A stretch of DNA of 64,000 nucleotides from NCBI GenBank assembly GCA_965217845.1, contig OZ244573.1:2275663-2339662 (forward strand). The letters run 5' to 3'. Source of the DNA: Chloroflexota bacterium. Lineage in GTDB: Bacteria > Chloroflexota > UBA11872 > VXNJ01. A model generated the notes under the pieces. That model saw only the letters and a program-made list of their open reading frames with translations, was not told where the DNA came from and ran no database searches. This document shows positions 8,291 through 17,122 of this stretch, piece after piece. The position numbers and the translations under genes are program-made. Within the stretch, counting starts at the first letter, position 1. Each line of letters begins with the position of its first letter.

Positions 8291-10657
8291 TTAGGACAGG
8301 GTCACAACGGTGACCCCGTCGCCGCCTTCGGATGGCGGGCCCATAGCGTAATCCCGCACCAATGGATGTCCGCGCAGGTGGCTGCGCACCGCGTCGCGCA
8401 GGGCGCCCGAACCCAGGCCGTGCACGAGCACCACACTACTTCGATTCAGGGCGACCGCGCGGTCCAGATGGCGATCAACCTCAACACCGGCATGGTCGGG
8501 AAAAACCCCATGCAGATCGGCCCGGTATGGCACGGGATTGGTAGGTGCCCGAGGCGGTGTATTGGGGTGTGCGCTGCGGCCACCACCGATAACGCGCACG
8601 ATTGAATTCGCCCCCACGCGCAGCCGCATGCCTCCGACCACCACCAGATATTCAGCGCCGCCGCGGTGCACCGATAAGACCCGACCCGGTTTTTGCTGGC
8701 CGATCAGTTCCACCCGGTCCCCGGGGTTGGCGGCGGTCCGGGGAGAGCGCCGCAGGCGCGGGGTCGAATCAAGCGGCGGCCGGGGCGGGGAGATGTCGTC
8801 GTGTTCGCGCTGACGGGCACTCGCCTGGCGCGCTATGTCGCGGACCGAATCGAGGTTGCCGGACGCGACGGCGCGGGCCTGGCGGCGCGCCAGGGCTTCC
8901 ATTTCTCGCTGCAACCTCCGGGAATTGGCGCGCTGACGGTTGAGCTGATCCTCGAATTGACGCTGGCGTTCGGCGATCTCGCGCTCGGTACCCGCCAGCT
9001 GCGATTGCGCCTCGCGCCGGGCAGCGTCCGCCTCAGAGCGGGCCACGGCCGAGTCCTCGCGCTGCCGGCGCATGTCCGACAGCAGGCCTTCTAGTTCTCG
9101 GTGCTCTGCCCCCAGGCCGGCGCGGGCACGGCTGCATACGGCCTCTGGGATTCCGCTGCGGCGGGCGATCTCCAGCGCGTGCGAGGAACCGGCCACGCCG
9201 ATGTGCAATCGGTAGTTGGGCAGCAGCGTCTCGCGATCGAATTCAACGCTCGCGGCCTGCGCGTGCGGATGCGCGATCGCGTACTGCTTCAGGTCTCCGA
9301 AATGGGTCGTGGCGACGACAGCCGCGCCGCGCCCGGTCAGTTCATCAATGATCGCCGCCGCCAGCGCTGCGCCCTCAGCCGGGTCGGTGCCGGCCCCGAT
9401 TTCGTCGGCCAGGACCAACGATCGCGGTCCGGCGAGCCGTAGCGCCCGCGCCAGGTTACGCATGTGGGAACTGAAAGTGCTCAGATTCTGGGTGATGCTT
9501 TGCTGATCGCCGATATCGGCATAGACGCGGTCGAATACGGTTACCTCGGATCCGTTCGCGGTCGGAATCTGCAGGCCGCAGGCGGCCATCATGTGCAGGA
9601 GGCCGACCGTCTTGAGGGCAACCGTCTTGCCGCCGGCGTTAGAGCCGGTAATTACCAGGGCCCGAAACCCCTGCGGGCCGCCCAGGCAAATATCAATCGG
9701 CACCGCCGCATGGCCCAGCAGCGGGTGACGGGCCGCCCGGAGATCGAACCGGTTCTCGGTCGCAACTTTCGGTCTTGCAGCGCGCTGCTCCAGCGACAGC
9801 TTCGCTCGGGCCAAGACCAGATCCAAGTTACTAGCTTGGTCCCAGTTCCGCTCCAGCGCGTCGGCGCTGGCGCGCACCTTGGCCGAAAGGGATGCTAGTA
9901 CGCGGCGCTCCTCGCTGCGGACGCTTGACTGCAGGGTGCGCAACCGGTTGTTGGTCGCAACCGTGTCCAATGGCTCCACGTAGGCGGTCGCGCCGCTGGC
10001 GGAGAGGTCGTGCACTACACCCGGCACCTGGCGCTGCGATTCGCGCCGCAAGGGAAGGACGTAACGTCCGCCACGCACCGTAAAGATCGTCTCGGCCAGG
10101 AGTCCCTGCGGTCCCAGCCGGGAAATCAATTGCCCGAATTGGCGCTCGATTGAAGCGCGCTGGCTACGCAATTGGCCGCGCAGCCGGGCCAGCTCTTGCG
10201 ATGCCTGGTCGCGTACCCGCCCGTGCCGGTCAATGGTCCGATCTATGGCCTGTGCCAGCGCTTGCAGGGGTTCGATGCGGCGCGCCCGGTGGGAGAGCGT
10301 CGGCGCGTCCTCGCACTCTGCCAGGGCGCGTCCGAAGCGGTGGAAAGCAACGATTGCATCGCGCAGCTGCCCGAATTCGGCCTCGTCCAAGACCGCGCCG
10401 ATCCGCGCGCGTTGCAGGATGCCGGATATCTCTTCGGGACCGCTGCAGACCAGCCCCGGAACCTGCCCCAGCGCCGCCAGCGCCTCGGTCGTCTCGTCCT
10501 GGAGCTTTAGCACCTGCTCGGCGGAACCGGCCGGCCGCAACGCTCGGGCCAGCCCGGTTGAGCCGGAAAAACCGCAGTGGCCGGCCAACGCCGCAAGTAC
10601 CGCCGGCAGCTCCAAGACTGCGTTCGCCGATTGGGCCTCGGGCGCTGACCCGGTCAT
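8291..10657 (-). CDS. mutS2: MutS2 family ATPase/endonuclease with C-terminal Smr domain
   Basis: ITGSNAGGKT, DIGDQQSITQNLSTFSSHM, DEIGAGTDPAEG, TTH, Smr DLHG...VHGLGSGALR. Confidence 0.95.
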   Translation of the reverse strand: MTGSAPEAQSANAVLELPAVLAALAGHCGFSGSTGLARALRPAGSAEQVLKLQDETTEALAALGQVPGLVCSGPEEISGILQRARIGAVLDEAEFGQLRDAIVAFHRFGRALAECEDAPTLSHRARRIEPLQALAQAIDRTIDRHGRVRDQASQELARLRGQLRSQRASIERQFGQLISRLGPQGLLAETIFTVRGGRYVLPLRRESQRQVPGVVHDLSASGATAYVEPLDTVATNNRLRTLQSSVRSEERRVLASLSAKVRASADALERNWDQASNLDLVLARAKLSLEQRAARPKVATENRFDLRAARHPLLGHAAVPIDICLGGPQGFRALVITGSNAGGKTVALKTVGLLHMMAACGLQIPTANGSEVTVFDRVYADIGDQQSITQNLSTFSSHMRNLARALRLAGPRSLVLADEIGAGTDPAEGAALAAAIIDELTGRGAAVVATTHFGDLKQYAIAHPHAQAASVEFDRETLLPNYRLHIGVAGSSHALEIARRSGIPEAVCSRARAGLGAEHRELEGLLSDMRRQREDSAVARSEADAARREAQSQLAGTEREIAERQRQFEDQLNRQRANSRRLQREMEALARRQARAVASGNLDSVRDIARQASARQREHDDISPPRPPLDSTPRLRRSPRTAANPGDRVELIGQQKPGRVLSVHRGGAEYLVVVGGMRLRVGANSIVRVIGGGRSAHPNTPPRAPTNPVPYRADLHGVFPDHAGVEVDRHLDRAVALNRSSVVLVHGLGSGALRDAVRSHLRGHPLVRDYAMGPPSEGGDGVTVVTLS

Positions 10658-12309
10658 CCGACCGCCGGCGGAGCCGAAGACATATTTGCGTTGTCCTCGC
10701 CGGTCGAACCCGGATCAACATCGGGGTTGCCAAAGTCGCCGATCCCCGGGGCAAGGAAGGCGCCGGGATCCACCTGGGTGCCGAAAACGCGGATTTCCCA
10801 ATGCAAGTGCGGTCCGGTAGAGCGACCGGTCGATCCGACGGTTCCGATCACGTCACCGGCCTCCACCACCTCGCCCGGTTGGTGTTCAAAGTCCTCGAGA
10901 TGTGAATAGGTTGAGTACACCCCCAGGCCGTGGTCGATCACGATCGTGCGACCATAAACGGACAAATCCAGGGCATGGCTGATTCTCCCGGCGGCCCCCG
11001 CCATTACCGGATCCCCCAAATCGCCGGCAAAATCGATCCCATGGTGCAGGATCGTATGCTCACGCAATGCGACGCTGCGCCGGTCACCGAAGCCGGCGGT
11101 GACCTCGCTTTCCAGCGGCTCCCGGAACGGACCTCGGAACAGCAACTCCAGCGTTACCGGGGCGGTGGCCTGTTCCAGTTGCAGTTCGTCGGCCGCCTCT
11201 ACCTCGGGATCGAACAGGAATTCGAGATCGCCAACGACCCCGGAGAGTTCGTACTCATCCGCTTCCAGCGGCTCGACCTCGAACTCCACTGATCCGGTCA
11301 GGGAAGGCCCTGATCCGACCGCTTCAAGCTGCAGTTCCATGGCTCCCGGTTCCGCGTCCAGCGGCACCGGCACGAGCAACTGCTGCGAATCGCCGATGCA
11401 GAACGAGATCGCCGGATGGCCGACGGATCGAACCTGCGAGGACGTGCCCCAGATCTGAACCAGCGTCGGCGACCCTGCCCGCGTCGGCAAAGCGGAGGCC
11501 GCTATCCGGTCGCCGGCCCGCACCGGCGGCGACATCGGGATGCCGGCTTCCTGCGGCAGTAGGCCGAATTCCTTGGCGATGTCGCCGGTGTTGGCAAGGA
11601 TCGCCTTTCCGACCGGCCCGCCTAAGTCGGGCACGTTCCAGACCTGGAAGATCTGGCGCTGGCTGCGCAGAACTCGCACCGGGCCGAAATCTTCGTAACT
11701 GACCGGAAGCCCGTAGAGTTCAAGCCAGCGCGGTTCGGCGAGGAAGAAATCGCGGATCTGCTCGTCCACCGCCAGCAGCTGCAGATGGTTCTGGACGATG
11801 TGCCCGAAATCCTCGGGGTCGGTTGGGTCCAGTCCGCGGTCGGCGGCCAGCGGGAAGTAATAGGGGACCTGGCGCTGGACGTAGAGATCGGCGTCGACGC
11901 CGATCTGGCCCAGCCAGTCGACGGTATTGGCGTAGTTGGCCCGATCGGCCCCGATCGGCCACTGCAGGATGACCTTTTGGAATGCTTGGTAGATAAAGCC
12001 GTTCAACAGAAATCGCCGCGTAATCGGGTATCCGAGCGCGTGCACGCCGCCGCCTTCGCGGAACGCGGTCAGGAACCGGGCGTCGGCGTCGTCGCGAACG
12101 TAGAACCCCAACCCGGTGCCGGAACCCGTCTGGGCGAAAAAGTGCGCGTCGGCGGTCGCGTGATCGAGGCTGGGCAGGCATGCGTTCGACAGCGCCGTCG
12201 CCGGGCGCGCTAGCAACAGCAGCATCGTCGGAACCAGCACCAGGAGGGCCAGCAAGCGCCATGTGCTGCCTCGCCCGACCCCGGCCGGCCGGCTGCCAGA
12301 AAGATGCAT
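10654..12309 (-). CDS. Secreted M23 family metallopeptidase
   Basis: Signal peptide; HHGIDF (HxxxD), YSHL, STGPHLHWE (HxH); N-terminal FFAQTG..GYPIT repeat domain. Confidence 0.9.
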   Translation of the reverse strand: MHLSGSRPAGVGRGSTWRLLALLVLVPTMLLLLARPATALSNACLPSLDHATADAHFFAQTGSGTGLGFYVRDDADARFLTAFREGGGVHALGYPITRRFLLNGFIYQAFQKVILQWPIGADRANYANTVDWLGQIGVDADLYVQRQVPYYFPLAADRGLDPTDPEDFGHIVQNHLQLLAVDEQIRDFFLAEPRWLELYGLPVSYEDFGPVRVLRSQRQIFQVWNVPDLGGPVGKAILANTGDIAKEFGLLPQEAGIPMSPPVRAGDRIAASALPTRAGSPTLVQIWGTSSQVRSVGHPAISFCIGDSQQLLVPVPLDAEPGAMELQLEAVGSGPSLTGSVEFEVEPLEADEYELSGVVGDLEFLFDPEVEAADELQLEQATAPVTLELLFRGPFREPLESEVTAGFGDRRSVALREHTILHHGIDFAGDLGDPVMAGAAGRISHALDLSVYGRTIVIDHGLGVYSTYSHLEDFEHQPGEVVEAGDVIGTVGSTGRSTGPHLHWEIRVFGTQVDPGAFLAPGIGDFGNPDVDPGSTGEDNANMSSAPPAVG

Positions 12310-12311
12310 CG

Positions 12312-13457
12312 TCAGCCCTGGGCCGGGTACCCGACGATCAATTCCACGCTCGTCCCCAAATTGACGCGCCGCCCCGGCGACGGCGACTGCGCCCTGACCA
12401 CCAGCTCACGGTCCGGCCGGGGATTGGGGCTCAATACCCGTTCGATCCGAATTCCGGCAGCCGCGCCGATTTCGCGCGCCTGGCTCAGCGGCATTTCAAC
12501 CAAGTCGGGCACCTCCACGATTGGGAGCTGATTGGCGCGCAGCAACACGCGTTCGCCGACTGGCAATACTGTCCCTGGTGCCGGCGACTGCTCGAGTACA
12601 AACCCCAGCGGCAGGCGCGAATCATATTCGGCGGCGGCGGCGGCGGCGGCGGCGAACCCGTGCGCAGCCGCCCGCCGCTGCGCCAGCGCTAGGTCCAGAC
12701 CGGTCAGGTCCGGCACGGCTTCGAGGCGTAGGCCGGCGTTGTAGGTGAGGGTCACTCGCCCGCCGGGTTCGATATCGGCCCCCGGTTCCGGAAATTGCTC
12801 GGAAACAACGCCGACCGGGAGGTCGGGATGGTGGATGGGAACCGTATCAACCACATACCCGGCATCGGCTAGCAACCCTTGGGCGGCCTCGACGTTCTGT
12901 CCGATCAAGGATTCGATGACGAACCTTTCGGTACCGGCCGCAACCTGAACCAGGATGCTCTCGCCCGGGGAGAGCAGGACGCCGGCGGTCGGGTCCTGTC
13001 CCAGAATCCGGTTCGGTTCGGCGCCGTCATCGGGCACCGGCTCGACCACCAATTCCAGGCCCAACGCATCCGCCGCGGCGCGCGCTTCGGTCAGCGACCT
13101 CCCTGCCAGCAACGGCGCCGACACCTCCACCCCGCTGGCGCTGTCGACCAGCGGCTCAAATGCATACCCGAGCTCGTCGGTGAACCTGGTCAATGGCCCC
13201 GACAGGTTCAAGTCGAGCGAGTAAATGTACCCGAACGCAAGCAACGCGCAGGCCAGCGAAACCGCCACCATCCAGCCGTTGATGCGGTAGTCGCGTGACT
13301 CAAGCCGTGGCCGTGGAGGGAGCTCTATCCGGCCGGCCGTTAGCTGCCGGAGCACGCGGCGGTAGCGTCGATCCGCACCCGCGGCCCCGATCCGCTTAAT
13401 CCGGGCTTGGCGATCTCCCAGCAGGCGCGGCGAGATCAGGGGCCGCGGGCGGGCCAA
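12312..13457 (-). CDS. Membrane-anchored multi-PASTA-domain protein without kinase domain
   Basis: One TM helix then four repeats such as VPDLTGLDL..A...VLEQSPAPG. Confidence 0.85.
   Translation of the reverse strand: MARPRPLISPRLLGDRQARIKRIGAAGADRRYRRVLRQLTAGRIELPPRPRLESRDYRINGWMVAVSLACALLAFGYIYSLDLNLSGPLTRFTDELGYAFEPLVDSASGVEVSAPLLAGRSLTEARAAADALGLELVVEPVPDDGAEPNRILGQDPTAGVLLSPGESILVQVAAGTERFVIESLIGQNVEAAQGLLADAGYVVDTVPIHHPDLPVGVVSEQFPEPGADIEPGGRVTLTYNAGLRLEAVPDLTGLDLALAQRRAAAHGFAAAAAAAAEYDSRLPLGFVLEQSPAPGTVLPVGERVLLRANQLPIVEVPDLVEMPLSQAREIGAAAGIRIERVLSPNPRPDRELVVRAQSPSPGRRVNLGTSVELIVGYPAQG
12630..12653 (-). repeat. (GCC)8 trinucleotide tract encoding poly-Ala
   Basis: Eight perfect GGC units on + strand. 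Confidence 0.9.
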
Positions 13458-13539
13458 TTGCTAAATGCTCCGACAGCCGGGGCAGGGGTTATCGCCAGTG
13501 CGGGCAGGGTCTGCCGGGCCGCGCCCTGGCACGGCGCCG

Positions 13540-14589
13540 TTAGCGCCCTGATCGGCGGCGGCGCAATTCCTTTTCCAGGACTCGGATCGCCCGTCCGGCC
13601 GCGGTTTGTTCGGCGCCGCGCACGGTCTTGCCGGACGCCGAGGCCAGTTCGCTTCCCTGGAGGCCCACTGCCACCGCGAACGTGGGCGCGTGCGACGGCC
13701 CGCGGGTGCTGATCAGTTCGTACCGCGGCTGCAGCCGGAATTCCGACTGGGTCAGCTGCTGCAGGCGTGATTTGTTGTCGGTTGAGAGTTGTTTTTCGCG
13801 TTCGCCGGAGGGTTCGGATTGTCCGTTGCGACCGGGGGTCGCCGCGGCGGACCGGCCCGAGACATGGTGGTTGATCCACAATAGTTCCTCGAAGAACGGA
13901 GCCAGCATCCGCTTGACCTGGTCCAATCCGTAGTCCGAATCGAGATAGATCGCCCCGACAATTGCTTCGAAGCTGCGCCCGGCCACGCCCTTCTGGTTGC
14001 GTTTCTTGGAAAGGTCCAGGCCGGACCCGACAACCACGTATCGATAGAGCTTTATCTTCTCGGCCATGGCAGCCAGGGCGGTGAGGCTGACCAGGTCCTT
14101 GCGGACGTTGGTCATCTCGCCTTCGTCCATTTGCGGGAAGCGCGCGTACAGGTCGTCGGTCGCGGCCAGGTTCAGGGCCGAATCCCCCAAAAACTCCATC
14201 CGTTCGTAGGAATCCAGGCTGCTCAGATGGCGATCTTCGTTGATTGCCGAGCGGTGCGTCAATGCCTGACGCAGCAGATCGATGTCCTGGAAGCGGTAGC
14301 CCAGCTTGCGCTCCAGGACCTCCAGCTCGGTGCCGTTCTCGGCTTCGGCTGCGGGACGGGCCGGGCGGCGTGAGCGCCCCGACTGCCCGCTGCGCCCCGT
14401 GCTCGATGTCGACGACCCGTTCCTGGTCGCCTGGCTACGCGATCCGCGCCGCGAAATGCTCCGCGGTCGGCGCGTACGCCGGCCCGCGGATGGCGTCGGT
14501 GACGCGGGCTTTGCTGAGGTTGATGGCTCCGGCGCCGGTTCCTTCCTGGGAGGACCGGTCAGACCGATTGAGCGAAGTAGATTTTTCAG
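13540..14589 (-). CDS. rnc: Ribonuclease III; start uncertain, probably non-canonical
   Basis: ERMEFLGDS signature, dsRBD (NKSRLQQLTQ...GPSHAPTF); frame open upstream of TTG 14262 through LERKLGYRFQDIDLLRQAL to CTG 14589. Confidence 0.92.
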   Translation of the reverse strand: MKNLLRSIGLTGPPRKEPAPEPSTSAKPASPTPSAGRRTRRPRSISRRGSRSQATRNGSSTSSTGRSGQSGRSRRPARPAAEAENGTELEVLERKLGYRFQDIDLLRQALTHRSAINEDRHLSSLDSYERMEFLGDSALNLAATDDLYARFPQMDEGEMTNVRKDLVSLTALAAMAEKIKLYRYVVVGSGLDLSKKRNQKGVAGRSFEAIVGAIYLDSDYGLDQVKRMLAPFFEELLWINHHVSGRSAAATPGRNGQSEPSGEREKQLSTDNKSRLQQLTQSEFRLQPRYELISTRGPSHAPTFAVAVGLQGSELASASGKTVRGAEQTAAGRAIRVLEKELRRRRSGR

Positions 14590-15554
14590 AGTCGCGACTT
14601 CACCCGGGCCGGGATTGCCGGCATCAACCAGTGGCGATATGCCTGGTTGCGCCCTTTTACAACACCGAAATAGATCTTTTGCAGCTGGCGCGTCACCGGA
14701 CCCACGTCGCCGTTGCCGATGGCCCTGCCGTCAAGATGCGAGACGGCCGAGATCTGAGCGCCGGTCCCGCAGAGGAATAGTTCGTCGCAGCTGTAGAGCT
14801 CGGTGCGGTCAATCGGGCGCTCTATCGTCTCCAACCCCAACTCCCCGGCAGCCAGTTCAATCACCGTTGCACGGGTAATTCCCTCGAGGATGTTCTCGGA
14901 AACCGCCGGGGTGACCAAGTGCCCGTCGCGCAGGATGAAGAGATTCTCGCCGGATCCCTCGCTGACGTGTCCGGCGGCGGTGAGCATGATCGCCTCGTCG
15001 TACCCGTTGAGCTCGGCTTCGGTCTTGGCCAAGGCCGAATTCATGTAAAGGCCGGTGGCCTTTGACCGCGCCGGGATCATGTTGTCGTCGATGCGCACCC
15101 ACGGCGAAACGCAGCAGCGGATCGGGGCGTCGACGTCCAGGTAGTCCCCGAAGGGCGCGGCAAACAGGCAAAAATCATCTTCAAGGTTGACGGCGTTGCC
15201 TTCGGCGTCACGCCGGATCATGCTCAGACCGATCGTCGTCGAAGCCTTATAGACGATTGGCCGCACGTACACGTCGGTGGTGAAGGCACAGCGCTGGATA
15301 AGCTCCAGGGTGATATCGCAGAGTTGGTCAACCGAATACTCGAGCGTCAATAGCAGCATGCGCGCCGATCGGTGCAGGCGCTCGAAGTGTTCAGGGACCC
15401 GGAAGAGGTACATCTGCTCCTCTTGCTCGCTCCAATAACCACGAATGCCCTCGAAGCACCCGGTGCCGTAATTGAAGGCGTGCGTTCCGATGCTCACGCG
15501 TGCGTCTTCGAGCGGAACAAACTCGCCCTTGAAAAAGGCCCAACTGTCAGCCAA
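14586..15554 (-). CDS. ilvE: Branched-chain amino acid aminotransferase
   Basis: HAFNYGTGCFEGIRGY, KATGLY (PLP Lys), EGSGENLF, ILEGITR. Confidence 0.95.
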   Translation of the reverse strand: MADSWAFFKGEFVPLEDARVSIGTHAFNYGTGCFEGIRGYWSEQEEQMYLFRVPEHFERLHRSARMLLLTLEYSVDQLCDITLELIQRCAFTTDVYVRPIVYKASTTIGLSMIRRDAEGNAVNLEDDFCLFAAPFGDYLDVDAPIRCCVSPWVRIDDNMIPARSKATGLYMNSALAKTEAELNGYDEAIMLTAAGHVSEGSGENLFILRDGHLVTPAVSENILEGITRATVIELAAGELGLETIERPIDRTELYSCDELFLCGTGAQISAVSHLDGRAIGNGDVGPVTRQLQKIYFGVVKGRNQAYRHWLMPAIPARVKSRL

Positions 15555-15618
15555 ATTGAACTCGCCCCGGTTAGCGGTGTTGTGTCGGCGGCGGCGATCT
15601 CATCAAAAGAGGGCGCGG

Positions 15619-16161
15619 CTACTGGTTCAAAAATTTTATATGGGTTCCTTCAAGCAGGTGCAGTGCCGCGTCGGGGCCAAAGGTGGAGCGCCGCATCAGG
15701 ATCAAGTCGCCACGCAGATCCATCAGCTGCGCGAACTGATCAAACCCCCATTTGCGGTAGAGATCCCGGGCGTAACGGTTGGGTTTATCCACGGCAATCA
15801 CCAGTTCCCGCCGATCCCGCCCGCAGGCCAGCTGCGACGCCCCCAGCACCAACCCAAGCCCGATTCCGCGACGGCGGCAGTCGGGGTGCACGAACAGGGT
15901 GTGGAGGTAGCACTGCGACCGGTCGTCGGAAAACTTTGGATCGCTGCCCCGGAAACGGATCCAGACCTGGCCCACTATCCGTCCATCAAGCGACCCGACC
16001 AGCACCTGCTGGGCATCGCGGTCAATGTCATCAAAGTAACGGCGCAGCAGGAATTGGCCGTCCGGATGGGTGGTCGATTTCCACAATTCGACCAGGTCGT
16101 CCATATCCCCGCGCGCGCCGATCCGGATTTCCGGCAGCGCTGCGGCCGCGGAATCATTCAC
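15619..16161 (-). CDS. GNAT family acetyltransferase
   Basis: LFVHPDCRRRGIG motif A; NRYARDLYRKWGF. Confidence 0.88.
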   Translation of the reverse strand: MNDSAAAALPEIRIGARGDMDDLVELWKSTTHPDGQFLLRRYFDDIDRDAQQVLVGSLDGRIVGQVWIRFRGSDPKFSDDRSQCYLHTLFVHPDCRRRGIGLGLVLGASQLACGRDRRELVIAVDKPNRYARDLYRKWGFDQFAQLMDLRGDLILMRRSTFGPDAALHLLEGTHIKFLNQ

Positions 16162-17015
16162 GGACTGCGGGGCCGCCAGGGTGAAATCCCCTTGGCACCG
16201 CTGACAGTGGCTAGCACTCGAGTCAAAGCCTCTCGTTCCGCGGGCGTGATCGTTTCCTGACTGAAACGGTAATCGGACTTGCGCACAATCTCATCCAGAA
16301 GATCGTGCAATTCCTGCCAGCGCCCAACTTCGGCGGCGGCAACCAGCGCAAGAGCGCGACTGTCGGCGGCGGCGGCGGAAACCAATTGCAGGTGCGGCAG
16401 GCACAGCCCCCGGCCCTGGCGGTAGCGCTCGATCAGCATCTCATCACCGGCGTAATCGGCGAAAGTGGCCGCGTAGCGCAATTCCGCCCGGTACTGCTCG
16501 ACGCAGACCGGACATGGCTGCGCGGGTTTGAACACCCGGCCGCGCCACAATCGCCCACGCCAGTCGCGGAGCAGACGAAATAACCAGCGCGGCAAGCGGC
16601 GGCGCGATTCGGCATCGTACGCGCCCAATTGCCGACCCAGGTTCTTGATGATGTCGGCGTAGGTGATCGCCAGGCCCAGCGCGTCACGCCGGTCCGGCAG
16701 CTGCCAGGCATGGGTGTTGCAAAAACCGTTGGCTTCCCGGACTGTCGCCCGAATATCGACATCAGTTACGTTGTCGGAGCAGTAGACGGTCAGGTAGTGG
16801 TCGGCGATCCGCAGCCCCAACCGGCAGATGGGACAGCCGGCCTCGAGCATGGCTTCATACAACTCGGCGAAGCTGGGTTCGCGGGTGCTAAAGCGGGGGT
16901 CAGACCAATCGATCACCGGTCTCTCGGGCCGGCGCCGGCCCGAGTAATCGGTGAAGTAGGAACGCGCCGCGATGGTCGGTGATCCGCTAGGGTCGGCTAG
17001 GTGGCCGCCGGCCAC
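16158..17015 (-). CDS. Hypothetical protein with duplicated CPxC...CxxH module (DUF6062-like)
   Basis: GCPIC...GFCNTH and PCPVC...LCLPH; C-terminal KSDYRF; start uncertain. Confidence 0.75.
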   Translation of the reverse strand: MAGGHLADPSGSPTIAARSYFTDYSGRRRPERPVIDWSDPRFSTREPSFAELYEAMLEAGCPICRLGLRIADHYLTVYCSDNVTDVDIRATVREANGFCNTHAWQLPDRRDALGLAITYADIIKNLGRQLGAYDAESRRRLPRWLFRLLRDWRGRLWRGRVFKPAQPCPVCVEQYRAELRYAATFADYAGDEMLIERYRQGRGLCLPHLQLVSAAAADSRALALVAAAEVGRWQELHDLLDEIVRKSDYRFSQETITPAEREALTRVLATVSGAKGISPWRPRSP

Positions 17016-17122
17016 AAGCGCGGGGGCGCCTGAATTGTCAATTTCATAGACTGATTTTCGGTGCTCATATTCAAAAACAGCGCGCCGACAGGCCCTGGGC
17101 TAGCCGATCACAGGTTCACGAT

